DNA of 63,975 nucleotides, counting the filler, from Chiloscyllium plagiosum (taxonomy: Eukaryota), in NCBI RefSeq assembly GCF_004010195.1. It is 5 parts of one record of this genome, joined end to end, with 100 filler letters (N's around TTAATTAATTAA, not from the genome) between each part and the next. Parts side by side here need not be neighbours in the genome. Positions count along the whole stretch, not along the records: positions 1 to 21,414 come from NC_057712.1; 4 more parts are not named here. The stretch is one strand, 5' to 3'. The notes under the pieces are model-generated. The model made no database searches, was not told where the DNA came from, and worked only from the letters and a program-made list of their open reading frames with translations. Below, one piece after another: positions 1 through 13,302 of the stretch. The first letter of the stretch is position 1, and each line of letters begins with the position of its first letter. The translations under genes and the position numbers were made by a program.

Positions 1-146
1 GGGTCGGAATCATTGGCGACCTTTAAGCGGCATTTGGATAGGTACATGGATGGGTACTTAATCTAGGTTAGAAGTTCGGCACAACATCGTGGGCCGAAGG
101 GCCTGTTCTGTGCTGTATTGTTCTATGTTTCTATGTTCTATGTTCT
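1..146 (+). mobile_element. CR1 LINE 3' end with (TTCTATG)n tail
   Basis: Encodes the ORF2 end (TFKRHLDRYMD), then 3' UTR GGGCCGAAGGGCCTGTTCTGTGCTGT and TTCTATG repeats; same terminus as 30400-30531. Confidence 0.85.
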
Positions 147-690
147 TCTTGAGTGTTGTTGGAACTGCTACCATCCAGGCAAGTGGGGAGTATTCCATCA
201 CACTCCTGACTTGTGCCATGTAGATGGTGGATAGGCTTTGGAGAGTCAGGAGATAAGTATCTTGCTATAGGATTCCCAGCATTTAATATGCTCTTGTGGG
301 CATTGTGTTTATGTGATGAGTTGAGTTGCTGGTCAATGGTAACCCTCTGGATATTGACAGCTGGGGATTCAACGATGGTAACACCACTGAATGACGATGG
401 ACAGTGGTTGGATTGGCTCCCATTTTAGAGATGGCCTTCCACAGGCCTTTGCAAAGCTGTGACCTCTCCCATCTTGAAGGTGGCAGCTGTTGCATAGTAA
501 CGGGACCACCTCCAAGATCCTCTCCAATCCACACACCAGGCTGATTTGGAACATGTTCATCATTACTGGGTCTGCCTTCTATGCCAATTACCTCAAGGAT
601 TACAGTGGTTCACAGATGAGCACTAACCTTCTCGAGGGCAACAAACGTTGACTTTGCCAGCAACTCTGAGATCTTTTGAAAAAACAATAA
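147..690. mobile_element. Decayed fragments of the second CR1/L2-like LINE family (minus-strand RT piece, then plus-strand 3' piece)
   Basis: 147-455 is the reverse complement of the YKAQVRSVMEYSPLAW region seen at about 58990-59060. Confidence 0.55.
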
Positions 691-914
691 ATCTCATACT
701 CATAAAACTTCTTTATAATCCCTATAGTGGCCTAATTTCTACAACACAGTGAAACATACCAAGATTCTGGATACTATTTACCCTGCAAGGGACAGTTGAC
801 TAGCAGTGAAGGACTGTCAAAGCAAATTTTCAAAGTGCTCAGCAAAAGCATATACTAGTGAAAAGGAAGGACTTGAGGAAAAGGGGTAATCTGCCATTGG
901 TGTCAGGAAATAAG

Positions 915-3075
915 GGAGGCTATTAAATTTAAAGAGAAGGCATACACACTGGCCAAGATCAGCAGGAAATTACAAGATTGGGAAAGTTTTAAAAGTCGAC
1001 AAAGCCATAAAAAGACCTATAAAGAAAAGTAAATCGAACATGAGAAAAAGCTAGCACAGAATATACAGACAGATAGCAAAAGTATCTGTAAATATATAAA
1101 ACGGAAAAAAGTGGCTAAAGTAAACATTGATGAGAAGAGGGATTTAGTTATGAGATGTGAAATTGCCGAGGCATTGAATGGCTAGTTTGTGTCGGTTTTC
1201 ACAGTGGAGGACCCTACTAATATGCCAATAATTGACAAAGAGACAAAGGTAGGTTAGGATCTGGAAGCAATCATTATTACGGGAGAGGTAGTGTTGGGCA
1301 AGCTAATGGAGCTCGGGATAGACCAGTCTCTTGGCCCTGATGGAACGCATCCCAGGGTACTAAAAGAGATGGTGGGAGAAATAGCAAGTGCACTTGTGGT
1401 AATTTTCCAAAATTCGCTGGACTCTGGGCCGTTGCAGCAGATTGGAAAACAGCAAATATGACACCACTGTTTAAAAGGGGAGGTAGACAAAAGATGGGGA
1501 ATTATAGACCAGTTCGCTTAAGTGGGGAAGATGCTTGAGTCTATGATCGAGGAAGAAATAGCAAGGCTTCGAGACAGAAATTGCAGCATGGGTTCATGAA
1601 GGGCAGGTCATGCTTAACTAATCTTTTGGAATTCTATGAAGACGTTACAAGCAAGGTGGACAACGGGGACCCAGTGGATGTGGTGTACCTAGATTTCCAA
1701 AAGGCCTTCGTCAGGGTGCCGATCAAAAGGCTGCTGCATACGATAAAGATGCAAGACATTATGGGCAATGTATTAGCATGGACAGAGGATTGTTAACTAA
1801 CAGGAAGCAAAGAGTGGGGAGAAATGAGTGCTTTGTGGGTTGGCAATCAGTAACTAGTAGTGTTCCTCAGGTATCAGTGTTGGATCCACAATTATTCACA
1901 ACTTACATCGATGATTTTGAGTTACTCTACATTTACCCCTGACTGATGCACCTAACCTACACTCCCCTGAACACAATGGGTACTTTAGCATGACCAATTC
2001 ACCTGACCTGCACATCTTTGGACTGTGGGAGGAAATCGGAGCACCCGGAGGAAACCCACGCAGACACAGGGAGAACATGCAAACTCCACACAGACATTCA
2101 CCCGAGGCTGGAACAGAACTCAGGTCCCTGGTGCTGTGAGGCTGCAGTGCTAATCACTGATCCACAGTGCTGCCCCTACTCACTAAAATGAGGACTGTGA
2201 AACTTTGCAAATGGACATAAATAGTTGAAGTGAGGGGGAAAATGTCTGGCAGATGGAGTACAATGTTAATAAATGTGAAGTCATCCATTTTGGTAGGAGT
2301 AACAGTAAAAAGGATTATTACATGAATGGTAAACAGTTGCTGTATGCTGCTGTGCAGAGGGACCTGGGTGTTCCTTGTGCATGAATCACAGAGGGTCGGT
2401 CTGCAGGTACAACAGGTAGTTAGGAAGGCAAATGGAATGTTGTCCTTTATTGTTAAAAGGATTGAGCTTAAAAGTAGGGAGGTTATGTAGCAGCTATACA
2501 GCGTGCTGGTGAGGCCACACCTGAAGTAGTGTGTGCAATTTTGGTCTCCTTACTGGAGAAAGGATGTACTGGCACTGGAGAGGGTACAGAGGAGGTTCAT
2601 TAAATTGATTCCAGAGTTGAGGGGGTTTTCTTATGAGGACATACTGAGTAAACTGGGATTATATTCATTGGAATTCAGATGAATGAGGGAGGATCTTACA
2701 GAAACATATAAAATTATGAAGGGAATAGATAAAATAAAAGTAGAGAGAATGCTTCACTGGTGGGTGAAACTAGGACAAGAGGGCAAAGCCTCAAAATTAG
2801 GGGGAACAGATTTAGGACTGAATTGAGAAGGAACGTCCTCACCCAGAGGATTATGAATTTGTGGAATTCCCTGCCCAATGAAGCAGTTGAGGTTTCTTCA
2901 GTAAATGCTTTTAAAGCTAAGAAAGATCATTTTTGAACAGAAAACTAATTCAGGGTTATGGTGAGAGGGCAGGTAAATGGAGCTGAGTCCATGAAAAGAT
3001 CAGCCATGACCTTACTGAATGGTAGACTGGGCTCGAAGAGCCAGATGACCCACTCCTGCTCTGAGTTCATATGAC
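915..3075 (+). mobile_element. CR1 LINE ORF2 (RT) fragment, frameshifted, interrupted by an HE1 SINE
   Basis: QHGFMKGRSCLTNLLEFYEDVT...VDVVYLDFQKAF, GPDG and [14 protein letters not shown] motifs, CR1-type 3' UTR. Confidence 0.9.
1927..2175 (-). mobile_element. HE1-type V-SINE (tRNA-derived)
   Basis: Reverse complement of the tRNA-like head and of the V-domain GTGGGTTTCCTCCGGGTGCTCCG...CCCACAGTCCAAAGATGTGCAGG. Confidence 0.88.
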
Positions 3076-3289
3076 TGGACCAGTATTTTCAGAAACAGGA
3101 CCAAATATTAATCTACTTTAAAAAAATGTTTTAAAAGTTCTAAAAATTGATTGTTTTCCCTCATTTGCCCTCAGGTCAGTCACTTGGTCCCTAGTTGTCT
3201 CGATTTGAAACCACTAAAAGCCTTTTTCTATTCTGCTTCCACATGACTGGATGTCACTGATAAACCTAGTGACAGTGGTCATCCCTCAG

Positions 3290-3510
3290 TGCGCTGGAAG
3301 TGAGTGGCTTTTTGGGCCATTTCAAATGGTCATTATGGGTTAACCACACTGCTGCTTGTCTGGAGCCAAATGTCAGCCAGGCTGCAGAAGGATGGGATAG
3401 TTCCTTCCCTACAGTAAACCACACTGGATTCTTACAGCAAATCATAGCCACCATCACTGACTCGAGCTTTCAACTCGTAATTATCCTTGATGTGTTTTTC
3501 ACAAGTTGTC
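3290..3510 (-). mobile_element. Old SINE remnant with a Meta-like core
   Basis: Degenerate match to the GGTTCACT...AGGGAAGGAA...CCATCCTT core, also seen at 38900-38950 and 41040-41075. Confidence 0.4.
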
Positions 3511-3525
3511 ACTGTTCAGTTTGAG

Positions 3526-4020
3526 AGCTTCTAACCCAACCCAACTGCCCCGTGGCTGAACACTTTAACTCCCCCTCCCACTCCGCCAAGGACATGCAGG
3601 TCCTTGGCCTCCTCCATCACCAGACCCTGACCACATGACGCCTGGAGGAAGAGCGCCTCATCTTCTGCCTTGGAACCCTCCAACCACATGGGACGAATGT
3701 AGATTTCTCCAGCTTCCTCATTTCCCCTCCCCCTACCTTATCTCAGTCCCAACTCTCAGGCTCAGCACCGCCTTCATGACCTGCAATCTTCTTCCCGACC
3801 TCTCCGCCCCCACCCCCTCTCCGGCCTATCACCCTCACCTCCTTCCACCTATCGTATTCCCAGTGCCCCTCCCCCAAATTCCCTCCCCGCTACCCTTTAT
3901 CTCAGCCTGCTTGGCACACCAGCCTCATTCCTGAAGAAGGGCTTATGCCCGAAACTTTGATTCTCCAGCTCCTCGGATGCTGCCTGGCCTGCTGTGTTTT
4001 TCCAGCACCACATTTTTCAA
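3526..4020 (+). mobile_element. Penelope-like element 3' fragment (GIY-YIG C-terminus + terminal repeat), family A
   Basis: VAEHFNSPSHS...LEEERLIFCLGTLQPHG peptide, pyrimidine-rich UTR, terminal CTGAAGAAGGGCTTATGCCCGAAAC motif. Confidence 0.85.
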
Positions 4021-5067
4021 ATCTGTTCAGTTTGAACCCACGAGCAGTGACATTTTCACTATGGCTACAATTTATACCTTTTCAAAAATTTACAAGGCAG
4101 ACAATGAGGTTAAAACACAAGTGCAACACTTCTGAAAAGGAGCCTCCTCACTCTCAGTCATTTGTGTTGGCTAGTTGCTGATTGGTTTCATCTTTAACAG
4201 AGCCTTCACCTTGAAATTCTCCTGAGAGACCAGTTCTGAAGAGTACAAAGGGAAACCAGCACAGTCCCAGAGAACCATAACGACAACTAGTGGTGAGTTT
4301 AACTTGAGGGTCACCAAGCCTCAGGTGAGGGGAGAGGTTGAGAAGGTGAGACCTTCATGGTGCAGAGACTGAATCCTGACGTTTGACATCTCTCTGCATC
4401 ACAACCAACCATCTAGCCAACTGAACAAATTGGCCCACAACAGTGATCCTAGCAGAGACATGGAAAGCAATGCACCGTTCTTGGTTTAAAATCTGACTTT
4501 ATAGTATCCATTGCCTCCCACCATTTCTTGATATCATGTGGAATGAATTGAATTTTCTGTGATGCTGGGGACCACTGGAGGAGGCTGAAGATTGTTGTGA
4601 ATGCTTCAGTCTAAGATACTGCACTAAGGATGGGAATATTTGTGGAGCCACCTCCTCCAGTAATTATTCATACTGTTTACTTGGTTTATGAAACGTCAGC
4701 AGTCTCCTGCAGAACAGGGTCAACACAGTGCACTAGTGCATACTTTATTCAGCATCACAACAGACAGATGACTAAAGCAGACTCTACAAAGTTAGTTAAT
4801 AATCCACTTTGCACAGAAGTGGAATGCTTTAAGAAATACAACAAAGTGAAGGTTTTCACTTTCATGGCTGCAGAGCTCGCAGATAGAACCAGTTGGGTGA
4901 AAAGTGCAAATCGCAGCTTAATTCCAATAGTAAATCCCTTTCAACTGCCAGAAAAAAATGTCTTGATGACAAAGCAGTTTCTTCCATTTGCAGAACTTGG
5001 ACTTCAAACAATGACTGCCTGTATTGACTGAAGTTCAAAGTGTCAAGTAATGTGATTGTGTACACAG

Positions 5068-5160
5068 CAAGTTGTATTAACTCCTGATTGGACGTGGCTG
5101 GTTAGGAGAGGAAACACTGAACATTTCATCAGATGTTTCCTTGCCTCACAAACCATGAGG
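5068..5160 (+). CDS. Candidate internal exon of an unidentified transcript
   Basis: Weak CAG acceptor, strong AGG|GTAAGG donor, 93 nt open (QVVLTPDWTWLVRRGNTEHFIRCFLASQTMR); no recognisable homology. Confidence 0.2.
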
Positions 5161-5435
5161 GTAAGGCAGGTTGATTTAGGGGTTTTTTTACTTCAAAATG
5201 TCAGAAATATTGTTATTTCTTTCGTGTCACTGAGTCAAAACCTTGGAATTCCTTCCTTAATCGCATTGTGGCTCTACCGACAGCACATGGATTGCAGTGG
5301 TTCAAAAAGGCAGCTTGTTGCCAAGGCAACTAGGGATAGGCAATAAAGGCTTGCAACCAGCAACACCCACATCCCATGAGTGAATTAAAACAATGACCTT
5401 CAAGCTGAAGGAAGTGAGTTTATTTTCCTCCTCAG

Positions 5436-5605
5436 CTGCTGTTAGTTTTTAAGCAAACATTTAGACCAGTGTACCAGTCCCTCTCTACCTCCTGGAAGCA
5501 GACTGAAGGATCTGGGGAATCGACAATCCACACGTCCTTACAAACTAAAAGAATCACCAAAACAAACTCCCTTCCAAGCTTTTCCCTCAATCCAGAAAAC
5601 CCAAG
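5436..5605 (+). CDS. Candidate internal exon of an unidentified transcript
   Basis: TTTTCCTCCTCAG acceptor and AAG|GTATTT donor; open in frame 0 and phase-compatible with 5068-5160 and 14890-15091. Confidence 0.25.
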
Positions 5606-6174
5606 GTATTTGCGCATCTGTCCATAAGCATGTAGGGGTGAGATTTATCAGAGGATTAACAAGGGAAGTTATACATTGACAGTTCATAATTGTTTATCTG
5701 AAGCTAGAATCCATCTGTAACAAATCGACATTCTTGTTAAGTTACTCCTGTGCCGATTGTCTATTAGGGTACTGATTGTGGATGATCAGCCATGATCATA
5801 ATGAATGGTGGTGCTGACTTAAAGGGCCCAGTGGCCTACTCCTGCACCTATTGTCTATTGTACAGCAACATGACTCAAGCCTGGACATTGTCCAGCTCTT
5901 GATACACAGGCTGTTTTTGTGTCTGAATCAAACCCAGGTCCCTGGCACTGTGAGGTAGCAGTGCACCATTTTGAGAAAGCACTTGTCGAAGACTATAAAT
6001 CTTTATCTTCTGCGATGATTTTAGCTGTTTCTTTCCCCATGGAAATTAGAAATTGTGAAATGGTTCATGTTTGGTATAAGTGACCCTTTTTCAGAACACA
6101 TTGTAAATTTTGAACACAGAACAGTACAACACAACATCAGGCCCCTCAGCCCACTATCTCTGCACCGTCCATGG

Positions 6175-7030
6175 TGACTAGCTACACTTTCATCCAAATC
6201 ATTTATGTATATTACAACCAATGGAGGCCGAGCAATGACTAAACTTTCAATATCTCATTATCCAGGGGTCCCAAATCCTGCCACCCTGATCTTTCATCCT
6301 CACAGGAATGTGCTGGTCCTCAACTCTGTTCAACTGACCTTTAGAAGACTTCCATGTCAGATGTTGATTTCCCCTCAAACAGCCACCCCCAATCCCCAGA
6401 TTAGCACTTTCATCCAAGGACAGTCTTATCCTTGTCCACAACCATCTCAAAACTTATGGAATTATGATCACTGTTCCCAAAATACTCCCACACTTGGCCA
6501 GACTGATTTCCCAATACGATGCAGCCCTTCCCCTGATTGAACTATGTACTGTTTCAAGAAACCTTCCAGAAAGCACCTATCAAACTTTGCCCTGTCTAAG
6601 TGCTGGGCACTAAGGAAATCCCAGTCAATATTGGGAAAGTTGAAACCACCAATGACAACAACAACTGTTGTTTTTAAACCTTCCCCTGATCTGTTCCTTG
6701 ATTTTCCCCTGGCTATTGGGATGCCTACAATGTAACTCCATCAGAACAAGAGCACCTTTCTTATTCCTGAATTCTACCCACAAGGCCTTGCTGGATGAGC
6801 CCAAGACAGCCTCTGTGATGTACAGCTGTGACATTCTCCTGAATCAGTAATGTGACTCCCCCATCCCTTTTACATCCCTGTCTATCTCACCTGAAACATC
6901 TAAACCCAGGAATGTTGAACTGCCAAATCCTGTGCTTCTCTCAACCAAGTGTCTGTAATGGGTACCACATTGTAATCCAAGATCTAAACTCATCCCTCTT
7001 ACCTGTAATATACCATGCGTTTAAATAAAT
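6175..7030 (-). mobile_element. Decayed CR1 LINE endonuclease-region fragment
   Basis: Minus-strand LWVEFRNKKGALVLM...GGFNFPNIDW-like CR1 APE motifs. Confidence 0.7.
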
Positions 7031-7204
7031 GTTTGTTATGGATAGTCTGCAGAAAAGGATGTTGGATTGAGGGAAGACATTTTATTCCAGTAAGGGATGA
7101 CAGATAAACCGGGATCAGCTACCTCTGGGTAAAGTTACAGCAGAACAGTGAGAGACATTTAAAACAACTTTGTTGAGAGTATAGACCTAACATGCTCCCT
7201 TCAG

Positions 7205-7990
7205 GGTAAAAGATCAATGGCAGATGGAATTTCACCCTGATTGCTGTGAGGTGATGCTCTTTGGAGCTGACAAGGGAGTATTCGACAAACGTCAGGACAT
7301 GAGGAAGTTGAGAGGAACTGAAGGACGTTGGGTTGCTTCAGAGGGTGGCAGGACAGGTTAACAGAGGAGTTAAGGCAGACTCTACCTTTATCAGTCGTGG
7401 TATAGATTATAAGGAGCAGCGAGGTCATGTTGGAGCTGTACAGAACTCTGGTTAGGCCGCAGCTGGGGTACTGTGTGCAGTTCTGATTTCCAAACAATAG
7501 GAAGGATGTGATTGCACTGGAGGGGTATGGTGGAGATTCACCAGCATGTTGCCTGGGAGACAGCATTTCAGCAACAAAGAGGTGCTGGATAAGCTTGGGC
7601 TGTTTACTTCAGGAAAGAGATGGTTGAGGTGAATAAGTTGATGAGGTGCATGGACAAAGTGAACAGAGAGCAGCTGTTCCCCTTAGTTGCAAGATCAAGA
7701 ACAAAGGGACACAATTTTAAGGTGAAAGGCAAGAGGTTTTGAGGTGATATAAGAAAAGGTTTCTCACCCCAAGGTTGGTGGGAATCTGAAATGCTCTGCT
7801 GTAAAAAAAGGATTCAAGTGGAAATCTCACAACATTTACAAAGTACTTGGGTGAAAACCTGAAATGTCATAACGCTCAAGGCTATGGCCCACGTGCAGGA
7901 AGGTGGGACTAGTGTAGACAATGAGGTTTAGTTGCTGCAAACACAAATGGAGGCGAAGGCCCTCTTCTGTACTGTCTGATTCTATGATTC
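7205..7990 (+). mobile_element. Decayed CR1 LINE 3' fragment
   Basis: WQMEF, LYRTLVRPQLGYCVQF and CR1 3' UTR-like sequence. Confidence 0.75.
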
Positions 7991-8044
7991 CTCCGTGCCA
8001 GATGTACTCGCTCCCTGTGTGGATGAGGAACAAGGCTATATGAC

Positions 8045-8560
8045 AGCATGGTACAGGAGGCCATTCAAATGCAGGGAGCAAAAAGACGTGTGGTTGTTGT
8101 AGGGGATTCTATAAATAGGGGAACAGATAGCATCCTTTCTAAGGCAGGATCGAGAGTATGCTGCCCGCCCAGTGCCAGGGTGACTGACTTCAAAGGATAT
8201 TGGAGAGGGAAGGAAAGGATCCAGTTGTTATGGTCCATTTGGGACAAACAACACAGACAAGCCGAGGGATTATCAGCAGCTAGGAACTAAATTAAAGTAC
8301 AGGTCTTCAAGGGTTATAGCTTCCAGATTACTACCCGAGCCATGTGTAAATTGGCTTAGGAACGTGAGAATAAGGGAAGTAAACATGTAGCTAAAGGAGT
8401 AGTGTGGGAAACTGGGGGGTTTCCTTTTCAGAGGACACTGGCATTAGTATTGGAACTGGATAGATCTGTACCATTGGGATGGTCTTCACTTGAACTGAGC
8501 CGGAACCAATGTTCTAGTGAAAAGGGTAAATGAGGTGGTCAACAGGACTTTTATCTAACA
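8045..8560 (+). mobile_element. CR1 ORF1 (SGNH/GDSL esterase-like domain) remnant
   Basis: VVVVGDSINRGTDSIL...RVCCPPSARV and downstream DGLHLN-like motif, typical of CR1 ORF1. Confidence 0.7.
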
Positions 8561-8749
8561 TGGGAGGTGGAGGGGAGGAGGAAGGGAAGGGTAAAACTCC
8601 AAGAAATATAATGACCAATGGGAAACATCTTAGGAGACAAAAAACTGCAGATGCTGGAATTCAACATCCATCAGTGGTGGACTCAACTGCATGGAAAAGC
8701 ATGAAAAATAAGTGCTCATCCTTAATGTGTACTTTGCGTCGATATTCTC

Positions 8750-9790
8750 CGAGGAGAGGGACATGACGCATGTTGAGGTTAGGGATAGATGTTTGATCAC
8801 TCAAGGTTAACTCAGCATAAGGAGGGAAGAAGTGTTGGGTATTCGAAAAGGTATTAAGGTGTACAAGTCCCCAGGTCTGGGTGGGATCTATCCCAGGTTA
8901 CTGAGGGAAGCGAGATAGGAAATAGCTACGGCCTTATCAGATATCTTTCCATATCCTTGAACACGGGGGAGGTCCTTAGGACTGGAGAATTACTCATGTT
9001 GTGCTCTTGCTTAAGAAGGGTAGCAGGGATAATCCAAGTAATTATAGACCGGTGAGCCTGACGTCAGTGTAGGGAAGCTGCTGGAGAAGGTACTGAGGGA
9101 TAGGATCTACTTCCATTTGGAAGAAAATGGGCTTATCAGTGATAAGCAACATGGGTTTTGTGCAGGGAAGGTCATGTCTTACCAACTTAACAGAATTCTT
9201 TGAGGAAGTGACAAAGTTGATTGATGAGGGAAAGGCTGTAGACGACATATGCATGGTCTTCAGTGAGGCTTTGGATAAGGTTCCCCATGGTCGACTGATG
9301 GAGAAAGTGAGGTCGCATGGGGTCCAGGGTGTACTAGCCAGATGGAGAGGGAACTGGCTGGGCAACAGGAGACAGAGAGTAGTAGTGGAAGGGAGTGTCT
9401 CAAAATGGAGAGAGGTGACCAGTGGTGTCCCACAGGAATCCGTGCTGGGACCACTGTCGTTTGTGATGTACATAAATGATCTGGAGGAAGGTATAGGTGG
9501 TCTGATTGTTAAGTTTGTAGATGACACTAAGATTGGTGGAGTAGCAGGTAGTGAAGGGGACTGTCAGAGAATGCAGCAGAATATGGATAGATTGGAGAAT
9601 TAGGCAGAGAAATGGCAGATGGAGTTCAATCCGGACAAATGCGGGGTGATGCATTTTGGAAGACCCAATTCAAGAGCGAACTATACGGTAAATGGAAAAC
9701 CCCTAGGGAAAATTGACGTACAGAGATCTGGGTGTTCGGGTTCATTGTTCCCTGAAGGTGGCAACGCAGGTCAATAGAGTGGACAGGAAG
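8750..9790 (+). mobile_element. CR1 LINE ORF2 RT fragment
   Basis: ORF 9127-9603: GFVQGRSCLTNL...SGVPQESVLGPL...YINDL...KFVDDTKIGG. Confidence 0.92.
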
Positions 9791-9799
9791 GTTTATGAC

Positions 9800-9920
9800 G
9801 TGGAGATGCCGGTGTTGGACTGGGGTGGACAAAGTTAAAAATCACACAACACCAGGTTATAGTCCAACAGGTTTCACTGGAAGCACACTAGCTTTCGGAA
9901 CGTCGCTCCTTCATCAGGTG
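9800..9920 (-). mobile_element. Penelope-like terminal repeat, family B
   Basis: Same short element recurs at 21222-21395, 53095-53222 and 61812-62030, and carries a hammerhead-like core; PLE origin inferred from that motif. Confidence 0.65.
9886..9920 (-). ncRNA. Minimal hammerhead ribozyme-like motif (family B)
   Basis: CAC-CUGAUGA-A-GGAGCG-A-CGUUCC-GAAAGCUA-GUG: stem I CAC/GUG, stem II, AGCU palindrome. Confidence 0.7.
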
Positions 9921-12087
9921 ATATGAATGCACGCAGCATATGAAATAAGGTAAATGAGCTTGTGGTGCAAATAGAAATGAGTAGGTCTAATGTGGTGGGA
10001 ATCATGGAGATGTGGCTGCAAGGGGATCAGGACTGGAAGCTGAATATATCCAAGGAAATATATCCTATCAAAAATACAGGCAGCTGGGCAGAGTAGGTGG
10101 GGTTGCCTTATTCGTAAGAAATGCAACTAAATCGATAGCCAAGAAACAATGTAGGGTCAGATGATGTCGAATGTGTCTGGGTAGAATTAAAAGAAACATA
10201 ATGGAAGATATGCCAGGATGTGGGGCACAAGATACACCAGGAGATAGAAAAGGTGTGTAAGAAAGACAAGGTTACAGTGATCATGGGGGATTTTAATATG
10301 CAGGTGGTCTGGGAAAAGCAGGTTGGTTGTGGATTGCAAGAAAAGGAATTTGTGGAATATCTACAAGCAGCTTGTGGGGGAGCCCACGAGGGAACATGCA
10401 ATACTGGATTTAGTGTTTTGCAATGAGGCAGACTTGATAAGGGAGCTTCGAGTGAAGGAACCCTTAGGAGGCAGTGAGCATGATATGATCAAATTCACTC
10501 TTCAATTGGAGAGTCAGATGTAATGGTATTAACGTTGAATAAAAGCAACTACTGAGGCATGAGGGAGAGCTGGGTAGAATTGACTGAGACAGGAGCATAG
10601 CAGGAAAGACAGTGGAGCAGCAATGGCAGGGGTTTCTGGGAGTAATTCAGGAGACACAGCAGGGATTCATCCTGGGGGAAAAGAAGCATGGTACAGGGAG
10701 GATTTCATCCTGGGGGAAAAGAAGCATGGTACAGGGAGGATGGGGCAACCATGGCTGAGTAGGGAGGTCAGGGATAGCATCAAAGGAAAAGAGAAAGCAT
10801 ATAATGGAGCAAAGAACATTGGGAAACCAGAGGTTTGGGAAGCTTACAAAGACCAATGGAGGGAAACAAAAAAAAAGGAGAGACAAGATTAAGTATAAGG
10901 GTAAGCTAGCCAGTAATATAAAATAAGATTGCAAGAGTTTCTTTAGATATCTACAAAAGGTGGAAGAGAGGCAAAAGTGGACATTGGGCTGCTGGAAAAT
11001 GACAGAGAAGCAGTAGTGGGAAACAAAGAAATGGCAGGAAACCAAATAAGTATTTTGTGTCAGTTTTCACGGTGAAAGACAAGAGTAATATGCCAAAAAT
11101 TGAAGAGAGTCAAGGGACAGAGGTTAATATGGTGACCATCACCCAGGAGGTGGTGCTTGAGAAACTGAAAGTTCTGAAGGTGGATAAATCACCTGGACCA
11201 GATGGACTACACCCCAGAGATCTGAAGGAGATAGCTGAAGAGATAGTGGAGGCGATGGTGGTGATCTTTCAGGTATCACTGGAGTCAGGGAGGGCCCCAG
11301 AGGACTGGAAAATCACTAGTTAGACCAAGGAGAGCCAATGGATGTTATCTACTTGAACTTCCAGAAGACCTTTGACAAGATGTCGATCAGGAGGGTGCTG
11401 AGTAAGATAAGAGCCCATGGGGTTAGAGGCAAAGTACTAGCATGGACAGAAGCCTGGCTGTCTGGCAGAAAGTAGAGAGTGGGGATGAAAGGGTCCTTCT
11501 CAGGGTGGCAGCCGGTGATTAATGGTGTTCCACAAGGGTTAACGTTGGAACAACTTTTCACTTTATACATTAATGATCTAGATGAAGGAACTGAGGGCAT
11601 TCTGGCTAAGTTGGCAGATGATAGACAGGTAGAGGGACAGGTAACATTGAGGCAGCAGGGAGGCTGCAGAAGGAATTGGACGGGTTAGGAGAGTGGGCAA
11701 AGAAATGGCAGACGGAGTACAATGTGGGAAAGTGTGAGGTAATACACTTTGATAGGAAGGACAGAGGCATGGACTATTTTCTAAATAGGGAGAAAGTTCA
11801 GAAATCCGAAGTGCAAATGGACTTGGGAGTCCTCATCTCTCAAGGTAAACTTGCAGGTTGAGTCAGTAGTTAGGAAGGCAAATGCAGTGATGGTATATAT
11901 TTTCAGAGGACGAGAATATAAAAGTGGGGATGTACTTCTGAGGCTTTATAAGGCTCTGGTCAGACCACATTGGAGTATTGAGAGCAATTTCGGGCCCCAT
12001 ATCTCAGGAAGGATGTACTGGCCCTGGAGTGTGTTCAGTGGAGACTCACGAGAATGGTCTCAGGAATGAAACTCTTAACATTTGAGG

Positions 12088-12358
12088 TTTAGATTAGATT
12101 ACTTACAGTGTGGAAACAGACCCTTCGGCCCAACAAGTCCACGCCAAAGCGCAACCCACCTAGACCCATTCCCCTACACCTAACATTATGGGCAATTTAG
12201 CAAGGCCAATTCACCTAACCTGCACATCTTTGGACAGTGGGAGGAAACTGAAGCACCTGGAGGAAACCCATGCAGACACGGGGAGAATGTGCAAACTCCA
12301 CGCAGAGAATCGCCTGACCCGGATCTCTGTGCCACTTTGTGCCACCGTGCCGCCCACA
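12088..12358 (-). mobile_element. HE1-type V-SINE (internally deleted)
   Basis: (TTAGA)n tail at left; V-domain and GCCACCGTGCCGCCC head on the minus strand. Confidence 0.9.
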
Positions 12359-12587
12359 AAGTCTATTTAGATGGAATTTAGAAGGATGAGGGAGGATCTA
12401 ATTGAAACTAACAGAATCTGGAATTCCCAACAGATTGGATGTTGGGAAAATGTTTCTATTCACAGGAAAGACTAGGACCAGAGAGCACAGCCTTAGAGTA
12501 AAGGGAACACCCTTTAGGACGGAGGTAAGGAGAAACATCTTCAGCCAGAGAGTGGGGAATCTGTGGGATTCATTACCACAGAAGGCT

Positions 12588-12910
12588 GGGCGGACGGTGG
12601 CACAGTGGTTAGCACTGCTGCCTCACAGCACCAGAGACCCAGGTTCAATTCCCGCCTCAGGCGACTGACTGTGTGGAGTTTGCACGTTCTCCCCGTGACT
12701 GCGTGGGTTTCCTCCGGGTGCTCCGGTTTCCTCCCACAGTCCAAAGATGTGCAGGTCTGGTGAATTGGCCATTCTAAATTGCCCGTAGTGTTAGGTGAAG
12801 GGGTAAATGTAGGGGAATGGGTCTGGGTGAGTTGTGCTTCGGCGGGTAAGTGTAGACTTGTTGGGCCGAAGGGCCTGTTTCCACAATGTAAGTAATCTAA
12901 TCTAATCTTA
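12588..12910 (+). mobile_element. HE1-type V-SINE, near full length
   Basis: GGTGGCACAGTGGTTAGC (A box), GGTTCAATTCC (B box), V-domain, CR1-like 3' end GGGCCGAAGGGCCTGTTTCC, (TCTAA)n tail. Confidence 0.93.
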
Positions 12911-13169
12911 AAAAAAAGACTGTTGAGGCCAGTTTATTCAGTATATTTAAGACTGAAATAGATAGGTTCATGATTGTCAAGGAAATCAAAGGAGACAGCA
13001 GGAGAATGGGGAATGAAAACCTTATCAGCCCTGATTGAATGGCAGAGCTGAACCTGGCCAAATGGCCTGATTTCTGCTCCTATGTCTTATGGTCCTATGG
13101 GACTGCTGAGGTATTAAAGGGTTAATTTGCTCTGCTGACCTGCAAGAAATTGGATGTTCCAAGGAGAGA

Positions 13170-13302
13170 GGTGGGGTGCCTCTGCCTCAGGTGGGGTGCC
13201 TCTGCCTCACGGTGGGGTGCCTCTGCCTCACAGTGGGGTGCCTCTGCCTCACGGTGGGGTGCCTCTGCCTCACGGTGGGGTGCCTCTGCCTCACGGTGGG
13301 GT
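13170..13302. repeat. Minisatellite, 21-bp unit GGTGGGGTGCCTCTGCCTCAC, about 6 copies
   Basis: Direct reading of tandem units. Confidence 0.95.

Larger units (their letters stand above)
9921..13100 (+). mobile_element. CR1 LINE ORF2 (endonuclease + RT) with internal deletions, interrupted by two HE1 SINEs
   Basis: IMGDFN, ILDLVFCN, LGGSEHDMI, KSPGPDGLHPR, GVPQG, LYKALVRPH motifs. Confidence 0.9.

Noticed and set aside
4630..5065. 133-aa plus ORF and overlapping 67-aa minus ORF in unique DNA
   Set aside because: No recognisable domain or convincing splice boundaries; within chance expectation
10661..10741. ~38-bp tandem duplication inside a CR1
   Set aside because: Ordinary post-insertion slippage in a dead element
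12588..12660. tRNA-like sequence with A and B boxes
   Set aside because: It is the head of an HE1 SINE and continues directly into the V-domain; not a tRNA gene
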